A program made the position numbers and the translations under genes. The notes below the pieces were generated by a model, which ran no database searches, was not told the origin of the DNA, and was given only the letters and a program-made list of their open reading frames with translations. This document shows positions 1 through 13,460 of a stretch of 64,000 nt of DNA, in pieces. How positions within the stretch are numbered: position 1 is the stretch's first letter; every line of letters starts with the position of its first letter. Origin of the DNA: Octopus vulgaris (lineage: Eukaryota); the NCBI GenBank assembly GCA_951406725.2, contig OX597817.1:110484001-110548000 (forward strand), in the 5' to 3' direction.

Positions 1-122
1 CAAATCTTCACCTGTTATCAACCAGAGGGTCAAATGCAATTTCATGCCTTCAAGCACCAATTTGCATTTGAACCTCTGACCCTTGTTTTCCATTTGCTGA
101 TGCATTTATTATATGTTTTTTA

Positions 123-502
<380 letters not shown>

Positions 503-794
503 CTTTTTTTCCCTAACATGGCTACACTTTGGAGTTCTTATTATGCATATGGTCCTTATATCTTAAAAAAAAATAGTTGTTCACTTCACCTATATAAACT
601 TGTCAGTAACCACCTGTTTTCATGGTAAATGAAACTTCCATAAGTGATAGATTCAACCTTTGAGCATTTAAATACACATTGAGCTTGGTAGGATTTGAAC
701 TCAGAATGTAAAGGGCCAATACATATACCACAAAGCATTTTTCTAATGCTTTAATAATTCCACCAGTCCATCATCTTAATGAAGGTTATAATAA

Positions 795-1008
795 TAATCC
801 TTTCAATAATAGATACAAAGTTTGGAATCTTAGGGAAGTGGTTTTGCCAATTACATCAATCCTAGTACTTGACTGGTACTTGTTTTATTGATCCCAAAAG
901 AATGAAAGGCACAGTCACCCTCAGCAGCATTTGAACTCAAAACATAAAGACATATGAAATGCTGTTAAGCATTTTGTCTACTAATGATTCTGCCAGTGTG
1001 CTGCCTTA
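795..1008 (-). mobile_element. SINE family B (diverged)
   Basis: Reverse complement of the family at 3965 and 26221 (ctggtactt...gaaaggc...tttgaactc...aaatgct). Confidence 0.75.
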
Positions 1009-1088
1009 AAGATAGTAATAATAAAACATGATACTATAGATTAACTTTATTCTATTTCACCTTTCCTCCAATATGTTAGTGATGTAAA

Positions 1089-1526
1089 TCTATATCTATA
1101 AAACAGTCCTTGGACGAAAAATGTATGCACATTTTGCTTTGACAGTTAATGGCAGCCAAACCAAGGTTAGGATCAAATTGAAAATTGGCAGGGATACTAA
1201 ATGCGTGGTGAGGATGAGACCCACAATGGTTAAAATTCGCAAGCTATAAAGATGTGGTTGCTATGGCAAAAAGAGTGATTCAAGGTTTGTGTGATTGGCT
1301 TTTAATGCCCAGTGGCATGCACTGCAGGCTGTTGTGCTTAATAAACATACATTTTGTCGCGAAATTCCGGCTACTAGGAAACGATTTTTTATTGTGAAAA
1401 AACGAGTGCTTTTTGCCCTCATTTTCTTTCTAATTTTTAATAAAATTTCGGTTTTTTTAAAAAAAAATTCCTCATCTTTAAAATGTGGCCCGAGTAGACC
1501 CGAATGAAATCAGGTTATAATACTAG
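1089..1526 (+). mobile_element. Non-autonomous Helitron
   Basis: Starts A|TCTATATCTATAAAA and ends CTAG|T. Subterminal hairpin ACCCGA-atgaaa-TCAGGT lies just upstream of the 3' end. No TSD; locally CpG-richer. Confidence 0.7.
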
Positions 1527-2547
1527 TCTAAAATATTCTGAAATGTTCTACATTGATTTTGTACAGTATGGAGTATAATGGTAAACTATGTAAATATCAC
1601 AATGTAGGAAGAGTGTATGGAAAATAACAAAAAGACTATTTAAATTTTAGTGCAATGTTTTAATTACTGCAATTTCTAGTTAACAAAATATTGAATTGGA
1701 AACCAGTCAGCATATTTTTGTAGTTACTTGGTAGATACATAATTTCCTTTGAGGACTGCATGACAACCCCCATGTAGAGGGCTACAGATTGCCAATCAGT
1801 GTTCCTAATCCCTCATTTGAGGGATTTATATTTTCTTATTAAAAAATACATTACAAATGTTTCACCTGGGGTTTTCCAAGATGCTATTAAAATCTAGATA
1901 TTATAAGAAAAGTAACTAAATATAATTGAAACAAATCTATCAATATCAGTATCAGATAGATATACAAATTCTTATTTTCTAAACTGACGTACTAAGGTTT
2001 ATTTGAAAATGTTGTAACTTTCTAAGATTGGTACTGAATGGGTAAGAATAAAACATGCTTCATACTGTACGTTTCAAATTTCTGGTAACTGACATTGTTT
2101 ATAAACTGATGTCAGTCTGTAATTTGCCCACAACCAGTTACTTTATATAAGTCTTATCTTAGGTTGTTCTGACACATCTATGGTTCTTTTTTTCTAAATA
2201 TCACCATCATCTTCATAATCTCTATCATCACCATGATCATTATTTAACGTCCATTTTCCATGCTGGCATGGGTTAGATGGCTTAACTGGAGCTGGTATGT
2301 CAGAGAGCTGCATCTGTTATGGTTTGGTTGGACAACAGATACTGGTCAGGGATTCAGTATGGTTCCCTAACCAGGCCACCAGTAGCAGAATGCTCCCTTT
2401 ATTCATCTCTCTGAGGCTTCTGAATGTTAGACTTCATTAATTTATTTATTTCTCTTCATTTTAGTTTTGAGATAAGTGCCTTTACACAGAATGATAATAG
2501 CAAAAGAACTGAAGTGAGTAAATATATGTCTATCACACATATGAAGT

Positions 2548-2862
2548 GAGGATGTGTGGTTTAGTGGTTATGGGTATTTGTCTCACAATTGTAAGGCCAT
2601 GAGTTCAATTCCTGGTGGTGCATTGTGTCCTTGAGCAAAATGCTTTATTTCACATCGCTCCAGTCCACTCAGCTGGCAAAAATTAGTTGCACCTGTATTT
2701 CAAAGGGCTAGTCTTGCCACATTCTGTGTCACACTAAGTCTCCCAGTGAATTACATTAAGTGTGAACATGTCTATGGAGTGCTCAACCATTTATGTTAAT
2801 TTCACAAGCGGGCTGTTCCATTGATTGAATCAATTGGAACTTTGTCATCATAACCAATGGAA
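2548..2862 (+). mobile_element. tRNA-derived SINE family E
   Basis: A-box-like tggtttagtgg and B-box-like gagttcaattcc, followed by gtgtccttgagcaaaa core. Related heads at 40519 and (minus) about 42630-42700. Confidence 0.7.
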
Positions 2863-3454
2863 TTACAGATCACACATTTACTACTGATGTGGAATGTATT
2901 GATAAGGTTGGTAACTGATAAACTATATTTCTTCATGGAAAGTGAACATCAGCTTCTTGAGGAAATGATCTTTGATCTTTAACTTGCCTCGGTCATTAGA
3001 CTGCAGCCATGCTGGGGCACTGCTTTGAAGGGTCTAGTTGAACAAATCAATTCAAGTACATTTTCTTTTCTTAAAGTCTGGTAATTATTCTATTGGTCTC
3101 TTTTTGCAGCATCACAAAGTTATAGGGATGTAAACAAACAAACATTAGTTGTCAAGCAGTGGTGAGTACAAACACTGTTGTGTGGTGAAACTGTACACCC
3201 CTCCCAGTAAAAGTGGTAGTAGAAAGCCATTATAAATAGACAGGAAGCCAGTCGATAGTACATGTAGACTGTGAGGATAGTTGTGTCTGTGCTGATATAG
3301 TAATTTTACTGTGAGACTGAGTGAACAGTCTGAATAAATGTTCAGTAGAGATATTGGAAACAAATATGTGCCACACTTATATTAAAGAGAGCAAAAAGAA
3401 TAAAGTCTAATAGAATTACCCTTCTAGACAACAAGGCAATTAGATAGACTATCA

Positions 3455-3662
3455 AGAAAACCTCTATATGGTTATTAGTCATGCTAGATGTTGCAACCAA
3501 ATCACCTCGCCAAATAACATCCTATCACATCAAATAAGGAAAGGACACAGCAGATTATGTAACATCAGGCATCCTTTAAAAAGTAGGATGGTCACAGGTG
3601 GGATTCCTTTGATCATGGATCTTTTTAGTCAGGAGTAACCTGGAACTAAACAACAACAAAAA
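3455..3662 (+). mobile_element. SINE family C with (CAA)n tail
   Basis: aacctcta...caaatc...ggatggtca...tttgatcat...ctaaacaacaac. Many diverged copies in the window, e.g. 14700-14980, 15860-16080, 18250-18450, 30610-30870, 48620-48810, 50440-50610. Confidence 0.7.
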
Positions 3663-3964
3663 CTGCATGGAAAAGGTGATATGATCACCAAGGAAGGGTG
3701 AGAGATAAACATGTTTTCATGTTTTGCAGAATGATGAAGAGGAACAGAAGGAAATGAAGATAAGAGAAAGGTAAAATAAAATATCAAAGGTAAATCAGAG
3801 ATATCAGAAACAAAACTAAATGGAAGGAAGGTCATTAAAGAATAAAGACCTGAAGAATATCAATATTGAGATATTATGCAGCCTGCTTTTGCGGATGAAA
3901 CATGAACCTGATGAAAGTTGTTTCAAATGAAACACAAAGAACTGTTATTAGAGAAGCAATATAA

Positions 3965-4360
3965 GGTGGTGAGCTGGCACAATCTTTAGCATGCTGGATA
4001 AAATGCTTAGTGGTATTTCGTCTGCCGCTATGTTCTGAGTTCAAATTCCGTCGTGGTCGACTTTGCCTTTCATCCTTTTGGGGTCAATTAAATAAGTACC
4101 AGTTACGCACTGGGGTTGATGTAATCGACTTAATCCATTTGTCTGTCCTTGTTTGTCTCCTCTGTGTTTAGCCCCTTGTGGGTAGTAAAGAAATAGGTGT
4201 TTCGTCTGTCTTTATATTCTGAGTTCAAATTCTGCTGAGGTTGACTTTGCCTTTTATCCTTTCGAGGTAGATAAAATAAGTACCAGTTGAGTACTGGGGT
4301 TGATGTAATCAACTATCCCCCTCCCCCAAATTTCAGGCCTTGTGCCTACAGTAGAAAGGT
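3965..4360 (+). mobile_element. SINE family B, internally duplicated (dimeric) form
   Basis: Head ggtgagctggc...gagttcaaattcc and duplicated core. Flanked by an approximately 21-bp TSD gttatta(g/t)agaagc(a/t)atataa. Confidence 0.85.
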
Positions 4361-4473
4361 TATTATAGAAGCTATATAAATGTTACCCAAACTGCTGTCC
4401 TAAAGATTGAATGAGTCTGAAAGTGACTCACACAGTGAAGATGCAAAAAAAAAAAAATCCCTTTAATCTATAA

Positions 4474-4722
4474 CAGTGGTTCTCAGCCATGCTCCATATG
4501 ACCCTTGAGGGGTCCATATAAGATTTTGTTGATAAAATTCATAAACAATAAAATGGTTATGCTTCTACAATATACAATATTTTAACAATTTTTATACAAT
4601 TCCTAATATTGAATTATAAAAATATGACAAGATTTTTTAAAACATTGAATGGCTATGAGGGTCCACTTGAGTAAAATAGGAATGAAAGGGGTTCACATGC
4701 AAAAGATGGCTGAGAACCATTA
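4474..4722. mobile_element. hAT (Buster-type) MITE
   Basis: TIR cagtggttctcagccat / atggctgagaaccatta; 8-bp TSD atctataa/aactataa. Confidence 0.8.
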
Positions 4723-5970
4723 AACTATAAGACTCCATATAATTCTTCAAAGTTGGGGAGATTTGTCTCTTCAAGCAAATATTAAATTATCAATAAATTT
4801 TAAAACATGAGCTCATTGAAGAGATGGATTCAGATATTTTGTTATAGTGATAATAATTGGTTACATTCACAGAGCAATGCTGGTAGGCAATGTGTGTGTA
4901 AATAAAATTGGAGGCATCAAATGACTCAATGCTGCAAACATGTTACACTTGATAATTATAGGACTCAAGAAATATTTTAGGGAAGGTAAGTAGAAGCTTG
5001 TGCATGCTGCAAGAGAGATAGGAAAAAAATTACAAACAAAAGGGAAAAAAAGAAAGAAAACAGAAACTGAAAAAAGTGTTATATGAATGCATGTAGCTTG
5101 CCAAGGAAACAGCAGAAGATATAGCAGAAAAATAATAAGTGATTTAGTTAAAAGATACCAGGCTAAGGAAGGAAACAGAGACCCAGATTATGAATGTACA
5201 TGTTACTAGAAATTTTAATAAAATGTGTAAAGAATAAGCAGAAACTGGTTTGATATTAGGCAAAGGTGTATGACAAAGTAAATGGATTTGATGTTAGGTA
5301 ACAGATGAATGACAAAGTAAATGAAACAGTAAATCATATACAAATGAAGCAAGATGGTAGGCACAACATAAATATGAATGAAGGCATAATAGGATAGGGC
5401 AGTGATTCTCACCGGTGAGGCCTGGAGAAATTGTAGTAGGTGTGCAATCCAAAATGATTTTCCTTCTCTTTTTTTTTTAGTAGGACATAAAATCGTGAAA
5501 ATTGCTTTTTTTTTCCTTGGTCAATAATATTATTTTTTTTTAATTCATTACTAAACAAAAGGGTTACTGGTAGATGCTTTTGTATTAAATAATTGCAATA
5601 ACATATTAGAACTAAAGTTGTTTTTTTCCCAACTACTAGTGAAGCATACATTTTTCTGGAAAGTTATTGTGGGGGCTGGGGATAAATAGCTTGGAAATAA
5701 TGGGATAGGGGAAAACATTTGATAAGAGGTCAGTGTGAAATTTGAACTTGGAGCATTTTCCCTGTACATTTATGATTTGTACATAATGTTGAAAAACATA
5801 ACTTTGATGTGGCTAATAATTAACATACTAATGAAATAAAGATATTGAAATGAGCATTTACAGTTGACTGAAACAAAAAACTTGAAAAAACAATATGTAA
5901 TATATGATTTTTATTGGATTTGAGCTTCTCATACTTTTTACATTGAACAATAACCAAATACTTTTACCCC

Positions 5971-6007
<37 letters not shown>

Positions 6008-6026
6008 GTAAATTATTCTACTAAAT

Positions 6027-6356
6027 CAGTGGTTCTCAACCCCTGAGGGTCCATATAAGATTTTGGTGGGGTGGTGGGGTTCACACAAACAAAATCGTAA
6101 ATTGGGAACCTGCAATAGTATGTTAAGAGTACCTGAAAAGTTTTTTCTTTTGATGTATTTATGGCAAGAAACAGCTAAATTCTTTCTCTAATATTTTATA
6201 TAGCTCAAACTAAACAAATGTGTGAAAAGTAAAATAGGAAATTTGAAAGAACTTTTAATAAAACTAGTTTTTAAACATTGAATGGCTGTGAGGATCTACC
6301 AGAATAGAACAGTAATTAAATGGGTCCATAGATAAGAAAATGCTTAAGAACCACTG
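6027..6356. mobile_element. hAT (Buster-type) MITE
   Basis: TIR cagtggttctcaa / ttaagaaccactg; TSD tactaaat/tactacat. Internal similarity to 4474-4722 and 18682-18900. Confidence 0.8.
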
Positions 6357-6964
6357 TACTACATGAATACAGTAGCAGTGGAAAAAATAATGTTACATGA
6401 ATGAAACACCTTTCCCCAACCAATATCTTCTATTTAAGTAGTAGTAACAGTAGTGGCTGCAGCAGCAATAGTTGTTGTTGTAACAATAATAACTGTTTCT
6501 AATTTAGGCACAAAGCTAGCAATTTGGATGGTTGGTGGTTAGTCAATACAAGCGTCCCCAGTACTTGGCTGGTACTTTATTTCATCAATGAAGAAAGGGT
6601 GTAAAGCAAAGTTGACCTCAGTGGAATTTGAACTCAGAAAGTAAAGATCCAGGAAAAATAACATAAAGCACCTTTATTTTCTGATGTCCTAATGGTTCTG
6701 CCAATCCAATGACTTAGTTACAATGACAATAATAACCCTTTTTTACTGTAGGCACAAGGCAGTGCTCAACTGGGACTTTTTTTATCAACCCTGTGAAAAT
6801 AAAAAGTTAAGTCAGCCTTGGTGGGACTTGAACTCAGAACATGATGAGATGGAAAAGGTACTGCTAGATATTTTGCCTAATGCTCTAACAATTCTGTCAG
6901 CTCACTCTATTTATAACAATAATAATAATACCAAGCTATTTTAATCTTAACTGTATCTCTAAAT

Positions 6965-7320
6965 CAATGGTTCTTGAACAGTGCACTGTACTGCATTAGT
7001 GCATCACAAGTGAAGTTTCAGATGTACTTTGAATTTAAAAAAATATAATTTAGAGTTCTAGAAAATCTGTACTTATACTTGAGCATCTTGAAAGCATGTT
7101 ATTCATAATCTTGTTATGGATAAGTGTGAGTAATTAAATGAGATGAGCAATAGAGTATTTTTATATATATTTTTTCTAAATTTTCAGCTTTAAAATTTAG
7201 TTTTGTTTAGCATTCTATGCAAAGTGTTACAGTAATATTTCTTACTTTCTATGGGAATTGCACTAATTTTTTTACACGATATCCAGTCAACTACAAAGTC
7301 AGAAAAATTGAAAACCACTG
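6965..7320. mobile_element. hAT MITE (diverged)
   Basis: caatggttcttgaa ... ttgaaaaccactg; TSD ctctaaat/ctttaaag (6/8). Confidence 0.6.
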
Positions 7321-9713
7321 CTTTAAAGAGCCATCTCATAATAGAACAGGCCTCAAGTAACCAATTAGTATGTTGGGAGTTACTAAAGAGAAAGAGAAAA
7401 AGAGAGAAAATTCTAATAAGTTGTTCCCAAGTATCATAAGGTGATCAGCACAAAATTTAAAATGATGAAAAAATCAGGAATGCCTTTTAAACTATAAACT
7501 GTTTTCTCTCTATAAGGAATGTCTGACTTTGTAAAATATTGAATTTAGCTTAATTTATATATCTCAAGTTATGCTGCTGATTCCAAAGAAGGATCAAATA
7601 CATAGCCACCAATGGCTAAAAACTTTATGTGTAGAAAAAAAAATTACATGTGCATACTCACCATCTTTACTCTTTGATGCAAATTCCAAACTTCCAAATC
7701 CACCGCAACTAACTTAATCTAGAAGGAATTGTTTCTCCTGCCTATAACAGTTGTCCACCAGGCGCACAAAGTGATTAAAGTAATATTTATTTGAAATGAG
7801 AATTCTATAAGACAGATGTTTGAGGAAAGTAACTACCAGAGTACAAACATTTCCTATAGGTAAGGACAACAACATACTTATAAAGTTGATTTCCTGCAAT
7901 CATTACTCATAGAACAGATTTCAAATTATATTCTGTCAAGTATTTAAACAGAATAAATCTAGTAAAATTGATTCAATACTTAATTCTACCATTAAAACTG
8001 AATATTTTATTCCTTTGAAAGTTAAGATATATTTTCATAAATTTACTTAACTATTTATTTCTATACAATAAACATGGATGTAAACATGTTTGTATGATCA
8101 AAAAGTTAGCTGTGTAACTTTGTGATTTCTGGTTCAGTCTCACTGTGCAACATTTTGAGCTTGTTCTTTCAACCATTACCCATGGTTGATTAGCTATCAT
8201 AGATGGGCACTGTATGAAACCTCATTCTTGATGCTAGACTTACTCAAGTCACCTGATTCAACACCCTTACCTAATCCTTGTTTGTTTATAGCAAGCATTT
8301 GATCCAAGTCCCGGTCTAAGGATAAAATACCACTCTTCCTCCTGCCAACTAGTCAGATGCCCGGTTAAGGGTTATTATACTGCCTTTCCTTCTTTGACTA
8401 AATCATTGAAGAAAAAAATAAAATTAGTATGTTTTAAGGACTACCCATAGCAAATCTCACTTTTTAATGTGTTGACTCTTGCTTGTACTACCTACTTCTA
8501 ATCTCTTCATATTCTATTGACAATATACAAAGTAATCTCAATGGAAGCAAGAAGCAATTAATGATGTTAACATTGATTAATAGAGTTTTCCTAAAATTGA
8601 CCATTGTCTTAATTCTTCCTTCATTTATCTATCCAGGCCTGGTTTGTATTTTGACTAAGATATCTTTTTCTTATTTTTGTGCAAATTACTTTTTGTTGTC
8701 TTTGAAATTTCCTGTACCAGACATATTCATGGTTTATTAGTTTTGTTTGCAAATACTTATCAACAATAACTTCAAAGCCTGATTTATCCTTTGTACTATT
8801 AGCAATTTCTTACAAGTGCTATATAGATTTTGGTGGATAGATTTTCAGATGAAGGAAATCATTAGTTGTGTAGGTTCATATGAGTCCTTTAACCGAGAAA
8901 ACTTCAAAAAGATGACTGCTATCAACAATAAGATTGTGATAGCTTGGCTGTATTGAATTTCTCACTATATCAGCTATTTAACAGGTTTTATTGATTCAAT
9001 TGTTCTTTGAAACATTTTTTCATATTGCAAGTAATATGGCTCTGGTTTTATCTAGTTTATTTTCAATAAGTGCTTTTCTGTGTTTCCACAAGAGAAGCAA
9101 CATGAAAATTAACTTCACAGAATATTAGAACTCTTTCAGTTATTAGAGGTAATTTTGCTTTTTGCATATGAACATACTTTTACAATATCACATCACCAGC
9201 ATGCAATGCTTTATTACTACTCATCATGAACTATCTTTCTCTCTTCAATGAAATACAGATCACAGTCAAGATTTACAGAATTGCATCTTGGGAATGCAAA
9301 ATTATTTTCAGATATGAAAGGCTGACTTAAAACTAAATAAAAGATTGCCAGCAATTCACATCAAAATAAATCAGCTATGGTTCTGATATTTCTTTAAACC
9401 GTCATTTTTAATACTATGCAGTATTGATGCTATACCCAGTGTAATTTTGCTTCCTATCAAACATCAACTTGTTGTCTAGGATGAGGAGGATTTTTTTTTT
9501 GTATCTGTTAGAAAGACTTTTTATGTTGTTCATATCTGCTCTTACTTTGTATCACGGACTTTCCAGATAATTTTTGCTGAACCAAGTAAACAGATTTTCT
9601 CTACTGCACCTACTCTCAGATTAAAGTCTAATTATCCAAGATTTACTCACAAATTCCTAATTTGATAATTGGTAGGATTATGACCGTGTTAACTTTCTGT
9701 TCCAGCATTTCTT

Positions 9714-10120
9714 TTATCTTTTATCATTTACTTGTTTCAGTCATTAGACTGCCGCCATGCTGGGGCAACACCTTGAAGAATTTCTTGTCAAATGAATCAA
9801 CCTCAGTACTTATTTTTTTACCTTTTTCTTTAAACCTGATACTTGTTCTATCAGTTTCTTGCCAAACTGCTAAGTTGTGGGGATATAAACACACTAACAT
9901 CACTTATCAAGTGGTGGTAGGGGACAAACACTGACACAGACACACACATACATATATGAATAACAGGCTTCTTTAAGTTTTCATCTACCAAATCCACTCA
10001 CAAGGTTTTGGTCAGCCTGGGGCTGTAGTAGAAGACACTTGCCCAAAGTGCCACATGATGGGACTGAATCCAGAACCATGCAGTTGTGAAGCAAGCTTCC
10101 TACCACACTGTCACACCTAT
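9714..10120 (-). mobile_element. SINE family A, near full length
   Basis: Reverse complement of 13056-13460, including the tail, internal (CA)n and head. Confidence 0.85.
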
Positions 10121-10789
10121 GAGAATTTGAGAATTTCACACTTCAAGTTGGTGTAATACACTAATTTTTATTTTTCTTGACTCTAGTATCAAATAGGTAT
10201 GTAAACATTGATTACAAGGCGGAGTTACTTATCAATGGCAACAATATCTGGCTTGCAGTGTTTTATTCTCCTTTTGGTTTGGATAGGAGAGTCTAATAAT
10301 AACCTCGTTTCATGATTTTTGAAGACTTTCATTTCTACTCCCACAAAATGATGAAAAAGCTCTTTGCTGTGCATGTGAAACTGAATATTTTCCAAAATTC
10401 CAGCAAATTACTGTAGCCATTTTATCATATGTACATTTTTACATTCCCTCTGAGCTGTAGACATTCTAATACAATATGAGCTAGATTCTTGTCTGAATCA
10501 TTGCACATTCTACATTTGGGTGAACAGTCCAGCATATCTATTATTCTGCAGTTCAGTTATTTTTTTGACAATTATTAACCCTTTTCTACTTTCTGTTCTT
10601 TCTAATATAACTGATCTGCACTTGAATGAGGATGCATGCTTCTATGCAGTATGAGCTGCTTCCTAGATTTTCAGTCACAATCCTTCAGTTCAGCTTTCTT
10701 CAATCAATCATTCCTGTTCCATCTCTAATTAGTGATATGGTTCTCAAGTTGACTGCTTGTATATTTCCAATGTTCAATTTAGGTTTTAA

Positions 10790-11704
10790 CCCCTTAGCAT
10801 TTAAACTGGCCATATCCAGCCCAAATATTCCACCTGTTTTATGACCAGAACTGATCTCTCACACCTACCCTACAATGTCATTCTAAAAATAAACAATCAC
10901 ATCATTGAAATCTCTTAGCTACAAAATAATGCATGATCAATCAAAAACAATGTGAATAAATAAGCATTACATTTGACCAGTGGCGGCTCATGTATAGGTA
11001 CTGCAGCACCCTCTGTTTCCACTCAATATTATCGATAACATTCAATATAATGAGTCCTTTTTTCTTTAATTTTTTCTTTATACTTGTACATTATATAATC
11101 CTTAAGCTTAATGTCAGTAGCCATACCCTAGTTTATGAAAAAAAAAAAAAAAATCCTTGTATAGAACTGTGTGCTTCACAGTTCCAGTGGCATGGAGTTT
11201 GGCTGTTGTGCGCATGCTCACATGTCTGAGATAGGAAGCTCCACACTAGGAAGAGAGAGCACTGCGGTTCATGTGGTGCCAACTCTGGTGTGCTGGGGAA
11301 AGGTAGTGTTTCTTTTTGACTTCATGTGTTGTGCCTAAAAACGTGTTTATATTCTTGAATGTGATAAAGTGTAGAATTATATTATTATCCTGCTTCCAGC
11401 TACAGTGTTTCTGCCAGGATTTGAAAAATAGGGCAGATTTTCCCACCTTGTTTTGTGATTTAGTGGAGATTTTTGAAAAACAAGGGTAATTCACGGCGGT
11501 ATTCTGTGAAGAAATTAAACACACTACCTGGCAGTGGCTAAAATGTGAACTGATCAAGTTTTTGCATAAATTTTCTTTTTATATGTTTGTTTCCTTTTAC
11601 ACAATATTAAAACAACAGCTAAAAATTTTCTGAAGCAGCACCCCCACTAATTTTATCTACGAGCCGCCACTGCATTTGACACAGTAATCTGAATGCTAAA
11701 GAGG
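10790..11704. mobile_element. piggyBac-like MITE (TTAA target), split by a hAT insertion
   Basis: TTAA|ccccttagcattta ... tgaatgctaaagagg|TTAA. About 210 bp once the nested element is removed. Confidence 0.8.
10978..11672. mobile_element. Non-autonomous hAT element (695 bp)
   Basis: TIR cagtggcggctc / gagccgccactg; perfect 8-bp TSD catttgac at 10970-10977 and 11673-11680. Confidence 0.9.
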
Positions 11705-13055
11705 TTAAAGTTTCCTTCATTCTGTGAAAATATTCTTTACGGAGGACTTCCTGCCTTTCTGTATTTTTGGTTTTATCACTTTCCAATATTCTAAAATATT
11801 TATATGCTTCTTTTATATTTAATGATTTTATTTTTCTCATCATCAGGTAGATCCATTCCAGCATTTTTTATGAATTTTCATTGCTTCATCTAAATCACGA
11901 TACATTGCTTGATTTTGAATGTTATCTTAATGTCAATACTAAATATTCTTATAGCTTGCTCTAAGGGATCCATAAGATTTTTATCTTTGCCATAAGTCTT
12001 CAAATAAACTATAAACAGAGGTGACTCATTTTTCACTTATTCTTTCCCATGAATACTCTCCTTAGCTTTACAGAGTGAAATTGACAAAAAAAATTGATGT
12101 GATTACAAACAAGATAGGAGGGAAGCTGTCCTCTTGGATGATTCCTTTTCTGATCTATGTATCTGCTGATCTTTCCCCTCAATACCTTAACTCTACTCTC
12201 CATTTGTCACATTGCATTTTCTAATACTTAATTATTTGTTTATATCGTTTAAAATAAATTCCTAAATCACCTGTTATTATGAGTACTGCTTGTTTTCAGT
12301 CCCTAAATTCTCATTATTTTTCATTCCTCCTCTCCCACTACTATCAGCATAACTATTATTCCCCACTACGATAATCATCATTGAATTTTGCCAAATTGTC
12401 ATGGATTGCGTGTGTACATTACAGCAAGTCATCAATCTGCTGTCATTTCAATGTTCTGTAATTCTTTATTTTCAGACAAGTTGACTCAGTACTGATTCAA
12501 ATTAGCTCTTTACTCTGATATCTATACCTTGCACAGTTATACGCATCTAAATTGGTTTATTGTCCAAGGTTAGTGACTTTTCTGAACAGCTTTGTCAAGC
12601 TTTTATATCATCACTATCTTTTTATGAATTGCTGTTAGAATATTTATCTTTTTTCAAGGTATCCAGCACCTGATTCTTCTACAATTTTGGAGTAAGATTC
12701 TCTGGAAGATTCTAAATTCAGTGAAGTGTGGAACAAAGGGCAAATACAAAAATGACTTTTAGATCATTTTCACATTAATATTGTAAAATATTTTATGATG
12801 GGTCACAAATTTTGAAATAAAAATGTAAACATAAAATAATTCAAAAATGTTTTGAATGTAAATCTATTCAAATAAATATTTCATTCAGATTCTGAAGGTG
12901 GGGCAAAAATTATTTGATTTTTTTAAAAAAGAGAACAAATCTTGTTTCAACTGGAAACGTTATACTCTTTAGTTGATTATACATTTTCATTTATCCTGAG
13001 AAAAGTCGATAATATGTTTTTTTCTGATAATATATATGTAAACCTACATAGTATA

Positions 13056-13218
13056 GGCGCAGGAGTGGCTGTGTGGTAAGTAGCTTGCTAACCAACCACA
13101 TGGTTCCGGGTTCAGTCCCACTGCGTGGCATCTTGGGCAAGTGTCTTCTGCTATAGCCCCGGGCTGACTAATGCCTTGTGAGTGGATTTGGTAGACGGAA
13201 ACTGAAAGAAGCCTGTCG

Positions 13219-13257
<39 letters not shown>

Positions 13258-13460
13258 TTGTGTGTCTGTGTTTGTCCCCCTAGCATTGCTTGACAACCGA
13301 TGCTGGTGTGTTTACATCCCCGTCACTAAGAGACCAATAGAATAAGTACTGGGCTTACAAAGAATAAGTCCCGGGATCGATTTGCTCGACTAAAGGCGGT
13401 GCTCCAGCATGGCCGCAGTCGAATGACTGAAACAAGTAAAAGAGTAAAAGAGTAAAGAGT
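13056..13460 (+). mobile_element. tRNA-derived SINE family A, young full-length copy
   Basis: Head with A/B-box-like motifs (tggctgtgtgg, ggttcagtccc), cttgggcaagtgtctt core, internal (TA)n(TG)n, tail ccagcatggccgcagtcgaatgactgaaac plus aaaagagt repeats. CpGs retained. Confidence 0.9.

Larger units (their letters stand above)
10440..12250 (-). pseudogene. Decayed R4/Dong-type (restriction-like endonuclease clade) non-LTR reverse transcriptase, interrupted by nested MITEs
   Basis: Minus-strand remnants KGIIQEDSFPP (GxxQGDsLSP) and YKYFRILESDKTKNTERQEVLRKEYFHRMKETL, continuing across the TTAA insertion into KLNIGNIQAVN. Many stops and frameshifts. Confidence 0.7.

Noticed and set aside
3908-3945. 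CTGATGA...GAAAC hammerhead-like core
   Set aside because: No credible stem II, stem III or stem I pairing.
8560-9660. Possible very old minus-strand RT remnant
   Set aside because: Only faint motif echoes; too decayed to support by eye.
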